Assembly: GCA_049652745.1 (NCBI GenBank)
Contig: JBASEY010000033.1
Location: 20,159-84,158 of the forward strand
Source: a bacterium
Lineage (GTDB): Bacteria; CSSED10-310
Direction: 5' to 3'
DNA: 64,000 bases
The number at the start of each line of letters is the position of its first letter. Position 1 is the first letter of the stretch. A model generated the notes under the pieces. That model had not been told where the DNA came from and searched no databases. It saw only the letters and a program-made list of their open reading frames with translations. This document shows, in pieces, positions 6,955-16,024 of the stretch. A program made the position numbers and the translations under genes.

Positions 6955-8640
6955 ATGAAACGTTTTATATTTGTTACGATTATTTTCGCTTTGTCATCTT
7001 CTTCGGTGAGTTTCGCGCTGTTTCCTCGTGCTGAATTTCCGAAACCGTTGAACCCGGTAATCCGCGATTGTGATCGCTGGGATCTTCTGGTTGTCAAATT
7101 TCGTGAAAACACGGGGATTCGCCTTCGAAACGCGGATTTTGTATCGAAAAACAATGTCGATTTGACTGCGCTTTTTGAGCTTTTATCGTCTTATCCTGAA
7201 GTCAGATATGAACGATTATTTCGTCGTCCGGAGTATGTCTATGAAAATGAGAAACGCACTGGAGAACGACGAGTAGGACGTCAATTAGCGGATTTGAATC
7301 TGTATTTCGCTTTCGGACCTCCGGACAGGGAAACCGCGGAACGGTTATTAGTTGATTTAAACGCCTTGGAAATCGTGGAATGTGTTTACCCCGAGCCGAT
7401 TCCTCAGCTTGCTTTCATGCCCTCGGCCGGAAAGCGTGTTTTGCCGCCTTCGTATGTCCAGTATCAGGGCTACCTGAACGCTTCCCCGGTCGGTGTCGAT
7501 GTCGCCGCAGCACGCTCTTATCCAGGGGGTCGTGGAGAAAATGTCCGGATGATCGATGTTGAGCTGGCTTGGCGGTGGACACATATCGATCTGCCGACAC
7601 CTTTTTATCAAGGCGGTGTTCCATCGCAATTAGTGGACTACCGTCATCATGGAACAGCCGTGATGGGGATTATAACCGGTGTTGAAAACACCTATGGTAT
7701 AACAGGGATAGCTCCGTTAACCGAGGTCGGTGGTCAAGCGATAAATGAAGGTGACTGGCCTGAAAATGTCGGAACTTACTTTGACACAGCTTCCGCCGCC
7801 CTTGAACCGGGAGATATCTGGCTGATCGAATTGCATGGTCCTGGCCCTGCTGGTGATTACATACCAATGGAGTGGTGGCAGGCAAATTATGATGCGATCG
7901 CCAACTCCACCGCTCAAGGACGCATCTGCGTCGAAGCCGGCGGTAACGGCTCGGCAAATCTGGACGATTCCATCTACCAGGGCAAATTCAATCGATCCAC
8001 CAGGGATTCTTTAGCCATCATGGTCGCAGCCGGAACACCCTACAACATGAATCCTGAGTGGTTCACGAATTACGGGTCACGCATGGATGCAAACGGTTGG
8101 GGTTCCGCAATCTATACTACCGGCTACGGTGACCTTTATTCAGCAGGAGGCGAAGATTACTATTATACTTCTGATTTCGGCGGGACATCGGGAGCATCTC
8201 CGATCGTGGTAGGGGTTTGCTGCCTCGCCCAGTCCATTTACAAAGAGCTGACCGGAGGTGAAATACTGGACCCGGCCACTCTGCGAGCCGCCATTACAGA
8301 AACCGGCGCTCCCCAACCAAGCCCCGCCACCCAGTATATCGGTCCTCGTCCGAATCTGGCGGAATTATTGCTTCACGATATTTTCCAGCTCGAACCGACG
8401 CCGACACCCGTCCCAAGTAATACCCCGACGCCCGACTGTATCAATGACGGCGATGTCAATTTTGACGGCATCATATCCACTGCTGACGCGCAATTGACGT
8501 TCCTCATCGCAATCGGTCAATACTCCCCGACCTATCTTGAGGAATGTGCTGCAGACTGCAACGGCGACGGCTTGGTCACATCAGAAGATGCACAACTGGT
8601 TTTCTTGACAAGTTTAGGCACCGCAACCTGTGTGGATTAG
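6955..8640 (+). CDS. Secreted subtilisin-like (S8-type) serine peptidase with a C-terminal Pro/Thr linker and a tandem dockerin-like module.
   Basis: A signal peptide is present. The motifs are in D/H/S order: Asp in IDVE, His in HGTAVMGI, then AGGNGS and Ser in GTSGASP. The linker is PTPTPVPSNTPTPD. Two Ca-loop-plus-helix repeats follow: DVNFDGIISTADAQLTFL and DCNGDGLVTSEDAQLVFL (D.N.DG.....D). Confidence 0.7.
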   Translation: MKRFIFVTIIFALSSSSVSFALFPRAEFPKPLNPVIRDCDRWDLLVVKFRENTGIRLRNADFVSKNNVDLTALFELLSSYPEVRYERLFRRPEYVYENEKRTGERRVGRQLADLNLYFAFGPPDRETAERLLVDLNALEIVECVYPEPIPQLAFMPSAGKRVLPPSYVQYQGYLNASPVGVDVAAARSYPGGRGENVRMIDVELAWRWTHIDLPTPFYQGGVPSQLVDYRHHGTAVMGIITGVENTYGITGIAPLTEVGGQAINEGDWPENVGTYFDTASAALEPGDIWLIELHGPGPAGDYIPMEWWQANYDAIANSTAQGRICVEAGGNGSANLDDSIYQGKFNRSTRDSLAIMVAAGTPYNMNPEWFTNYGSRMDANGWGSAIYTTGYGDLYSAGGEDYYYTSDFGGTSGASPIVVGVCCLAQSIYKELTGGEILDPATLRAAITETGAPQPSPATQYIGPRPNLAELLLHDIFQLEPTPTPVPSNTPTPDCINDGDVNFDGIISTADAQLTFLIAIGQYSPTYLEECAADCNGDGLVTSEDAQLVFLTSLGTATCVD

Positions 8641-9251
8641 CTCCAATCAGCCTCTTCATGGATATCGATACATCTGACGACATCCTTTTGGACTTCACGG
8701 TATCGCAAACCGCTTTCGGGGCAAATCATGATTCCATCGTTATCCGGTTTTGACAGAGGAAGGCCGCGTCTGCCGACCCAACCTGTTCTGATCCCCGGCA
8801 CCCCCTTGATCAAAGCGTAATCGGGCACATCTCGTGTGACGACGGCTCCTGCAGCTATAAACGCATATCGTCCTACGACGATCCCGCAGAGAATCGTTGC
8901 GTTGGCGCCGATAGTACAGCCTTTTTTCAACAACGTTTTCTCAAACCGATCACGTCGGTTTATCCAGGATCTTGGATAAGTGACATTGGTCAGAACACAA
9001 GACGGTCCTAAAAACACATCATCTTCAATGATTGTGCCGGTATAAATCGAAACATTGTTCTGCACTTTGACATGGGATCCGATTTGCACATTAGATGCAA
9101 CGAAACAGTTTTGGCCGAAAACGCAATTTTCACCGATCTCGACATCCCGCATGATATGGGTGAAATGCCATATTTTGGTGCCGTCGCCGATGCGGCAGGG
9201 TTCATCGACATAAGCGCTTTCGTGTTTAAAATACACCTGATCCCTATCCAA
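8637..9251 (-). CDS. Hexapeptide-repeat (left-handed beta-helix) sugar N-acetyltransferase of the WbpD/PglD type.
   Basis: Repeated [LIV]G..... hexads run through GENCVFGQNCFVASNVQIGSHVKVQNNVSIYTGTIIEDDVFLGPSCVL...TIGANATIL. Confidence 0.75.
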   Translation of the reverse strand: MDRDQVYFKHESAYVDEPCRIGDGTKIWHFTHIMRDVEIGENCVFGQNCFVASNVQIGSHVKVQNNVSIYTGTIIEDDVFLGPSCVLTNVTYPRSWINRRDRFEKTLLKKGCTIGANATILCGIVVGRYAFIAAGAVVTRDVPDYALIKGVPGIRTGWVGRRGLPLSKPDNDGIMICPESGLRYREVQKDVVRCIDIHEEADWS

Positions 9252-9349
9252 CTGTATTGAATTATGATTGTTAACCGATTTATATCCTGTTCTGATGCAT
9301 CAGTTGCCTCCGACCCGGAATAATCAGATAACTCAGAAAGTTCCTATTC

Positions 9350-9907
9350 TCAAGTACCCAAAGACTCTGACGATTCCACTGGCTCTATAGGCGTTACATC
9401 AAGTTCCGTCATCGTCTCCAGAACCTTATCTACAAACTTCACTCCATCTTCTTCAGGCATTTCCGGCAGAATTCTAAAGGCAACCATCATGCCAAAACCA
9501 CTTTTCAAAGTCAGATACATCGCTTCGATATTTGCCGGTGTCGGAAAGGTGTGCTTGAAATACTCCGCTTTGACCGAATTGCCGAGAAGGTTTCGATCAC
9601 GTGTCGAGTCTGGTTCATCCGTCAAACCGAGAAATGTCGTTTTTAAATATTTAAAAACATCAGGTTCTTTCATTTCCATCATTTGCTGGAGTTCTTTGGA
9701 AGCTTTGACAAAGATGATTTCCGCAAGCATCTTATCCGGTTCAGCTTTCGCCGGATACATGAAGCTGACGGCATCCAATCCGATCTTCATAGGATCGGAA
9801 AGATCAAAATCTGATTTGAATTGAATTGTTTCCCAGGAATACTCCCGGCTAAAAGCTACAGCACCTACCGCTGCCAGAATACAAAAATAGACGACATACC
9901 GCTTCAT
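9350..9907 (-). CDS. Hypothetical secreted protein.
   Basis: The ATG at 9907 has an AGGAGG RBS 9 nt upstream. Signal peptide MKRYVVYFCILAAVGAVAFS. No recognisable family. Confidence 0.55.
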   Translation of the reverse strand: MKRYVVYFCILAAVGAVAFSREYSWETIQFKSDFDLSDPMKIGLDAVSFMYPAKAEPDKMLAEIIFVKASKELQQMMEMKEPDVFKYLKTTFLGLTDEPDSTRDRNLLGNSVKAEYFKHTFPTPANIEAMYLTLKSGFGMMVAFRILPEMPEEDGVKFVDKVLETMTELDVTPIEPVESSESLGT

Positions 9908-9976
9908 CGATTGAGCCCTCCTCAAAATGAAAGCTTTTTTAAACGCATTTAAGCTATGGTGATAGTCTTTCGATAT

Positions 9977-10702
9977 TTATTGTATATAACCCGGTAAATA
10001 CACATCATAAACCGGGTCAAGCTCCAGATTTCCATCTTTCTCAGCAAGTTTGCCCACAAATGCCGTCACATAGCCTGTTCCACCGTACATCGAAATATAT
10101 TTTTTGTGGTCATAATTTTTGGGACTTCGCAGTTGAATCATCATAAAGTCAGGAGTCAAGGCGCCTTCACCAAAAATTATGTTTAAGCTGGCGTTGTCAT
10201 TGAAGGGATTGGGATTGGTTTGAGCGGCAAAATAGATATATTGGTCTTTAGCGGCTTCCAAAAACAGTTTCACTCTTTCTTCTTTCGAGGTGATTTGTCC
10301 AGCGATGATTTTCTCGACAATCGGTGCGCTGTCGACAAAGCCTTTCGCTTCAGGTATTTCTTTCTCGATGACCTCACGCCTTTCAGGCGTAATTCTCCAA
10401 TCCATACCGCGGGTCTTCTGATAGACATTCTCTTCTTTCGGCTGCTCTTCTTTTTCCTCTTTTCCGGCAATATCCGAAGTCAGTTCCAATTTGTCCGATT
10501 TTCTGACAGAGGCTATATCGGATGCGTCTTTTCGAGTAGTAATTCGCTTTGCTTCATCTTTTACCACAGTATCGGCTGACTGTGCCTTTGGAGCCTCTTC
10601 CTTGGTAGCGACAGGTACGGGTTTCTGCTTATCGGAACCACAGCCCACGCCGATTAAACCGATGATTACCAAAATTAAAAAAAGCGTGACAAAATTTTTC
10701 AT
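9977..10702 (-). CDS. Hypothetical lipoprotein-like protein with a Lys/Glu-rich region.
   Basis: N-terminal MKNFVTLFLILVIIGLIGVGC-GSD is followed by a charged low-complexity stretch. No recognisable family. The start could also be the upstream in-frame ATG at 10720. Confidence 0.5.
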   Translation of the reverse strand: MKNFVTLFLILVIIGLIGVGCGSDKQKPVPVATKEEAPKAQSADTVVKDEAKRITTRKDASDIASVRKSDKLELTSDIAGKEEKEEQPKEENVYQKTRGMDWRITPERREVIEKEIPEAKGFVDSAPIVEKIIAGQITSKEERVKLFLEAAKDQYIYFAAQTNPNPFNDNASLNIIFGEGALTPDFMMIQLRSPKNYDHKKYISMYGGTGYVTAFVGKLAEKDGNLELDPVYDVYLPGYIQ

Positions 10703-10882
10703 GTTTTCTCTTTCCTCCATTCTTCTTGACTAAATTCACCTATCGTGTTTCATCTTCCTAAAAATTATATTCATAAATCCTTTAGAAGCAATACTATTCT
10801 TCAGTATATCAACGCTCACTTAAACGAAGACTCTCAAAATTTGAGATGCTATTTGTTTCTCTGCTTACCATCTGCCGCCGCT

Positions 10883-12211
10883 TTAAAGCCTCCAATGCGT
10901 AAAATTGATTTTTTTCGCATCTTCCATAGAAAACAGGCTTTTGACATCGACCAACACCGGCCCGGTTCGGCAGCAAATAGCCGCCAGGTTTTCCAATGAC
11001 CACTGCTCAATAATTTTTTTATGTTTTACCGCTATAATGACGGCATCATACGGCGCATTATCCTCCGGGGTTTGAACCAGATCCAGATCATATTCATTTT
11101 TGACATCATCTTTTCCGGCATGCGGGTCCCAGACGGTGACATCGGTTTCGTATTCATGCAATTCCTTGACAATGTCGATTACCCGTGAATTCCTGATATC
11201 GTTGATGTTTTCTTTAAACGTAAGACCCATAATCAAAACCTTGCTTCCTTGAACGGCTTTCCCTGCTCGAATCAGAAGCTTGACGGTTTTCTCCGCAATA
11301 AATTTTCCCATTGAATCATTGATGCGCCGCCCCGCCAAGATGACCTCCGGTCGATATCCCAGGCTTTCAGCTTTGAAAGTCAAGTAATACGGATCGACCC
11401 CGATACAGTGTCCTCCGACAAGGCCGGGTTCAAAACGAACAAAATTCCATTTGGTTGCCGCCGCATCCAAGACATCATGAGTATCGATACCTATCATGCC
11501 GAATATCAACGCCAATTCATTCATCAGGGCAATATTCAAATCCCTCTGCGTATTTTCTATCACTTTTGCCGCTTCCGCCGTTTTGATATTCGGTGCATGA
11601 TGAATGCCCGCGGTTATCACTCGGCCATAAACATCACCCAAGAATTTGCTCGTTTCCGACGTATCACCAGAGACGACCTTTACAATTTTATCAACGGTAT
11701 GCAGCTTATCTCCCGGATTCACCCGCTCCGGAGAATAGCCGACAAAAAAATCCGTTAGATGTCGAAAACCGCTCTCCTGTTCCAAAATAGGAATACACTC
11801 ATCTTCAGTCACGCCTGGGTAAACAGTCGATTCATATACGATGACGGTATTTTTTGCCATGTTTTTTCCTACGACCCGTGTTGCTGAGATGACAGGTGAA
11901 AGATCCGGCAATTTATAGGAATTGACAGGCGTCGGAACGGTGATGATAACAAGGCGGCAACGGGAGATGGCGGCAGGGCTGGACGTGAAAATCATGCTGG
12001 TATGTCGAAGTTTTTCAGCGTCAACCTCTCCGGTGACATCCTCCCCCGCCTGAAGCCCTGCAATACGTCCCTGATCGGAATCATATCCGACGACATTGTA
12101 CTGCTCGCTGAGATGCATCGCTAAAGGTAAACCCACATATCCCAGACCGACTACGCAAATTTTTTCTTCCCCTGTCACAAAGCGGTTAAAGAGATCATTC
12201 CATCCTGCCAT
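10883..12211 (-). CDS. Nucleotide-sugar dehydrogenase, in the UDP-N-acetyl-D-mannosamine / UDP-GlcNAc 6-dehydrogenase family.
   Basis: N-terminal NAD fold KICVVGLGYVGLPLA. The family domains are present, including the catalytic Cys region GGHCIGVDPYYL. Confidence 0.8.
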   Translation of the reverse strand: MAGWNDLFNRFVTGEEKICVVGLGYVGLPLAMHLSEQYNVVGYDSDQGRIAGLQAGEDVTGEVDAEKLRHTSMIFTSSPAAISRCRLVIITVPTPVNSYKLPDLSPVISATRVVGKNMAKNTVIVYESTVYPGVTEDECIPILEQESGFRHLTDFFVGYSPERVNPGDKLHTVDKIVKVVSGDTSETSKFLGDVYGRVITAGIHHAPNIKTAEAAKVIENTQRDLNIALMNELALIFGMIGIDTHDVLDAAATKWNFVRFEPGLVGGHCIGVDPYYLTFKAESLGYRPEVILAGRRINDSMGKFIAEKTVKLLIRAGKAVQGSKVLIMGLTFKENINDIRNSRVIDIVKELHEYETDVTVWDPHAGKDDVKNEYDLDLVQTPEDNAPYDAVIIAVKHKKIIEQWSLENLAAICCRTGPVLVDVKSLFSMEDAKKINFTHWRL

Positions 12212-12563
12212 CGCGATATCCCTCTCTTCCCCATCCATAAAGCCGAAATGCTTAATTATCGGTTTTCATATTCAAAAATGATTCATCAATCAGCATCCAA
12301 ATACTCGAATATCATAGATGATAACCATTCTGAAGAGCAATGGAGCGCAGAAAGGAATATGAAGAATTCGTCATAAATCTATGTGTTCATATTTCAGAAA
12401 AAGGCATTTATCGATACTTATCAATCCTCTTCAGAGCTAAAAAGCTGAAAAGAAGGAGATAGGAATTATAGAAACTCGCTGTAATTAAACCTTGAGCCTC
12501 ATTCGCACCCATGATATTGTTCTTGGGCTGTTTAAATGACGTTCTTATAAAAGGAGTCACCGG

Positions 12564-12890
12564 ATGCAGGCAGAATTTTACATAGTCACCACTACGGTCG
12601 GCAACGAAACGACGGCGGCGGAGCTTGCCCGCCGGATCGTCGAAGCCCGTTTGGCTCGATGCGTACAAATCGTGCCGAGAATCCGATCGATTTATCATTG
12701 GGACGGTGAAATCTGTGATGATGAAGAAAGTTTGTTGATCCTCAAAACAGCTCGGAAAAATCTCGATCAACTTTTAAAAACCTTACCGACTCTCCACCCT
12801 TACGAGGTGCCTGAAATTCTGGTCACACCGGTTACGGACGGTCATAAACCTTATTTGAAATGGTTGGATGAGTGGATATACGGGGATTGA
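12564..12890 (+). CDS. cutA: Divalent-cation tolerance protein CutA.
   Basis: CutA1 fold sequence YIVTTTVGNETTAAELARRIVEARLARCVQIVP...YHWDGEI...HPYEVPEI. An AAAGGAG RBS is present. Confidence 0.8.
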   Translation: MQAEFYIVTTTVGNETTAAELARRIVEARLARCVQIVPRIRSIYHWDGEICDDEESLLILKTARKNLDQLLKTLPTLHPYEVPEILVTPVTDGHKPYLKWLDEWIYGD

Positions 12891-12892
12891 CC

Positions 12893-13345
12893 ATGAGCGC
12901 CCGGACGATCACAGAAAACAAAAAAGCGCATCGCAATTACGATATCGAGGCGACGTGGGAAGCCGGCATAGCTTTGGTCGGCACCGAGGTTAAGTCGTTG
13001 CGGGCCGGAGGGGCCAATTTGAAAGACTCGTATGCTCGAATCATTCATGGTGAGCTGTTCTTGGTAGGTTGCCATATTTCTCCCTATTCCCATGGCAATC
13101 AAATGAATCACGACCCCGAGCGACCGCGTAAACTGCTGATGAAAAAGTCGGAAATTCGCCGTTTGATCGGCAAAATCAACGAACGAGGTTATACTCTTGT
13201 GCCTTTGAAATTGTATTTCAACGACCGAGGCATCGCGAAGGTGTTGTTGGGGCTGGGCAAAGGCCGGACTCATTCCGATAAACGCAGTGTGATCCGGGAA
13301 CGTGACATCCAGCGCGACATGGCCCGCGAACTTCGTAGATACTGA
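12893..13345 (+). CDS. smpB: SsrA-binding protein SmpB.
   Basis: KKAHRNYDIE...GIALVGTEVKSLRAGGANLKDSYA...GYTLVPLKLYF...GKGRTHSDKR matches SmpB throughout. The ATG lies 2 nt after the cutA stop. Confidence 0.9.
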   Translation: MSARTITENKKAHRNYDIEATWEAGIALVGTEVKSLRAGGANLKDSYARIIHGELFLVGCHISPYSHGNQMNHDPERPRKLLMKKSEIRRLIGKINERGYTLVPLKLYFNDRGIAKVLLGLGKGRTHSDKRSVIRERDIQRDMARELRRY

Positions 13346-13522
13346 AATGGATCGCACTTCAAACAGGATTCAGCGGGCGGTTTCACCTACGACCACCCTT
13401 TTCCAACATGGACATTGCTGACGATTCCGATTACACTATGATCTGATCATGACAAGGATGAACAATCAGTTTTTCGATATGTTCACCGGGAAAATTGACA
13501 CCGATTAACCAGGGAGGTTTTT

Positions 13523-14710
13523 ATGGCCGGAAAGCGAAGCATGGATGATTTAAATGTTATGGGGAAGCGTGTTTTTATGCGTGTGGATTTCAATGTTCCG
13601 ATCAAAAACGGGCAAGTTGCCGACGACAAGCGTATTCAAGCGGCACTGCCATCGATTCGTGCCGTCATTGAAAACAATGGAAAACTGATACTTGCATCTC
13701 ACCTGGGTGACCCCAAAAACGGGCCGGATCCCGCTTTCAGTCTTAAACCCGTGGCGGAGCGTCTTTCCGAGCTGATCGATCGGCCGGTCATTCTGGCGCC
13801 GGATTGCATCGGTGAATCTGTTGGTCTGCTGATATCCAAAATGCAAAACGGCGATGTCATCCTATTGGAAAACCTTCGTTTTCATCCCGGCGAAAAAAAG
13901 AATGATCCGGCATTCGCAAAGGCCCTTGCCGAGCATGTCGATGTTTATATCAACAACGCCTTCGGAGCCTGCCATAGAGCCCATGCATCGATTGTCGGCC
14001 TGCCGGCGCTGATCCCTGAATCCGCTGCCGGGCATCTCATCATGAAAGAAGTGGAATATCTAGACACTGCCGTCCGCCACCCGCGCCGACCGTTCTATGC
14101 TCTGCTGGGCGGCGCAAAAGTATCAGGAAAACTGGCCTTGATAAAAAATCTGCTCCCGAAAGTCGATGGTATTCTGATCGGCGGTGCCATGTCTTACACC
14201 TTCATGAAAGCCTTGGGCAACGAAATCGGCAAATCACCGGTCGAATATGATCTGATCGAAACCGCGCTTGAAACACTTTTACTGGCTGAAGAAAACGATA
14301 AACTGTTCCTGCTTCCATTGGATACCGTCATAGCTCCCTATCCCGAACCCGGGGTTCCTCATCGGATTGTCGAAGCAGGAACCATCCCATCCGATATGGA
14401 AGGATTCGATATAGGCCCGAAAACCATCAAGCTTTACAGCAGTTACCTGGAAAAAGCCGGCACGGTTATCTGGAACGGACCGATGGGCATGTTCGAAATT
14501 CCTGAGTTTTCCACCGGAACCTTCACTTTGGCGCGTGTGCTGGCTGCATCCGGCGCGATCAGCATTGTCGGCGGCGGCGATTCGGCGTCAGCAATGAGAA
14601 AAGCGGGTGTCACGGACCAAATGACCCATGTTTCCACCGGAGGCGGCGCCAGCCTGGAATACTTGGAGGGAAAGGAACTCCCTGGTATCGCTGCGCTTCC
14701 GAACGCCTAA
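13523..14710 (+). CDS. pgk: Phosphoglycerate kinase.
   Basis: GKRVFMRVDFNVP, the hinge and C-terminal nucleotide-binding motifs GGGDSASA, and a GGGAGG RBS. Confidence 0.95.
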   Translation: MAGKRSMDDLNVMGKRVFMRVDFNVPIKNGQVADDKRIQAALPSIRAVIENNGKLILASHLGDPKNGPDPAFSLKPVAERLSELIDRPVILAPDCIGESVGLLISKMQNGDVILLENLRFHPGEKKNDPAFAKALAEHVDVYINNAFGACHRAHASIVGLPALIPESAAGHLIMKEVEYLDTAVRHPRRPFYALLGGAKVSGKLALIKNLLPKVDGILIGGAMSYTFMKALGNEIGKSPVEYDLIETALETLLLAEENDKLFLLPLDTVIAPYPEPGVPHRIVEAGTIPSDMEGFDIGPKTIKLYSSYLEKAGTVIWNGPMGMFEIPEFSTGTFTLARVLAASGAISIVGGGDSASAMRKAGVTDQMTHVSTGGGASLEYLEGKELPGIAALPNA

Positions 14711-14739
14711 CGAACAGAAACCGATTCCGATCTCACTTT

Positions 14740-15906
14740 TTATACCCGGTCAATCGCCGATCGCGCTTTGAAATATACCTGCTTCAATGGAATACCATGT
14801 TCAATAGCGATTTTCCGGCAGTCTTCGTATTCCGGTGAAATCGTTTGACCGGAGCAGGTAACCCTCACTTGCCCCCATGGCGTTTCAGCCATTTTGATTT
14901 CTCTTGGAACACTGGTGCGCAGCACCCGGGTTTCCCGAACTCCCAGCGTGCGGGTTTCGGCGAATAAAACCGCTTTGGCTTTTTCAACTGCTTTTTCTTT
15001 GCATAAAACACGCAACAGATGACCGGGACGACACTTTTTGCGTAGCGTTCCCAACATTGTGACATCCAGAACGCCATCGACCGCAAGCAGTTTTTCAAAG
15101 CAATATCCCAGAATTTCCGGTGTGTCGTCATCGATATCCGTTTCCAACATGACCAATGACTCTACGATAAAATCCCCTTTGCTGCTCTCCGACTCAATTG
15201 CGCCGATTATCGCCCTCAACACATTCGCTCGATCACCGTCATCTCTGGCGCCGGCGCCGTGACCGATTTGAAGGGGAATCAGATTTCCGGGCGGGTCGAA
15301 GGAGTCGATAAACTCAGCGGCCAGAGCCGCGCCTGTCGGTGTTGTGCGCTCACCCGGCAGACCATCGATAAGAACTGGGATGTTTTTCAAAATCAAAGCA
15401 GTAGCCGGCGCAGGGACGGGGACGACACCATGCGAAAAGGTGACGGTGCCGGAGCCGGTGTTCAAAGGTGTTGAATAAATTTTTTCGACTCCTAATACAT
15501 CCAAACCCCAGGCAACACCCAATATGTCCACGATGGTATCCAATCCGCTCACCTCGTGAAGGTGAACCTTTTCCATTGATACGCCATGCACCTGGGATTC
15601 CGCGGCGACTATTCTTTCAAAAGCCGACAACGCTCTTTTGATCACGGTATCTTTCAATCCGGAGCCGGAAATGGCTTCCCGAATATCCGACACATGCAAA
15701 TGGCGATGAACATGAGGTGTCACTGTCACAAATGTTGCCGTAATACCTTTTTTCACCGTTTTTTGAATATCGACCTCATCGTCGGCAACACCTATAGAGC
15801 GCAGCATATCTTTGAATTTCGATGCATCTAACCCGGCATCCAGCAAAGCTCCTAAAAACATATCTCCACTGATTCCGGCTTGGCACTGCAAATACAATAC
15901 TTTCAT
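14740..15906 (-). CDS. larC: LarC-family (DUF111) nickel-insertion protein. It is a homolog of the nickel-pincer cofactor biosynthesis enzyme.
   Basis: N-terminal MKVLYLQCQAGISGDMFLGALLDAGLD is the LarC N-terminal signature. The ATG at 15906 has a strong AGGAGG RBS. The GTG at 15924 is less likely. Confidence 0.8.
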   Translation of the reverse strand: MKVLYLQCQAGISGDMFLGALLDAGLDASKFKDMLRSIGVADDEVDIQKTVKKGITATFVTVTPHVHRHLHVSDIREAISGSGLKDTVIKRALSAFERIVAAESQVHGVSMEKVHLHEVSGLDTIVDILGVAWGLDVLGVEKIYSTPLNTGSGTVTFSHGVVPVPAPATALILKNIPVLIDGLPGERTTPTGAALAAEFIDSFDPPGNLIPLQIGHGAGARDDGDRANVLRAIIGAIESESSKGDFIVESLVMLETDIDDDTPEILGYCFEKLLAVDGVLDVTMLGTLRKKCRPGHLLRVLCKEKAVEKAKAVLFAETRTLGVRETRVLRTSVPREIKMAETPWGQVRVTCSGQTISPEYEDCRKIAIEHGIPLKQVYFKARSAIDRV

Positions 15907-15973
15907 CGGTGTATCCTCCTTCACGCTTGTTTGATATCGACTATCATTCTAAACTATCGATTAAAGGGTGTGG

Positions 15974-15986
15974 GACCTGACAGGTC
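15974..15986. promoter_or_regulatory. Perfect 13-nt palindrome in the divergent larC/kinase intergenic region. It is a candidate operator.
   Basis: GACCTG-a-CAGGTC is seen directly. Confidence 0.25.
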
Positions 15987-16024
15987 TCCGCAGCCCCAGA
16001 ATATCGGAAGCTCGGGTAAACGCA

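Noticed and set aside
12408-13357. Minus-strand ORFs 12408-12770 and 12851-13357.
   Set aside because: They are antisense to cutA and smpB, both of which have unambiguous family signatures.
15968-16024. The GTG at 15968 as the kinase start.
   Set aside because: It cannot be excluded. The ATG at 16025 begins a cleaner signal/TM segment (MTKIRLMVFLII...). Both are reported, with low confidence on the start.
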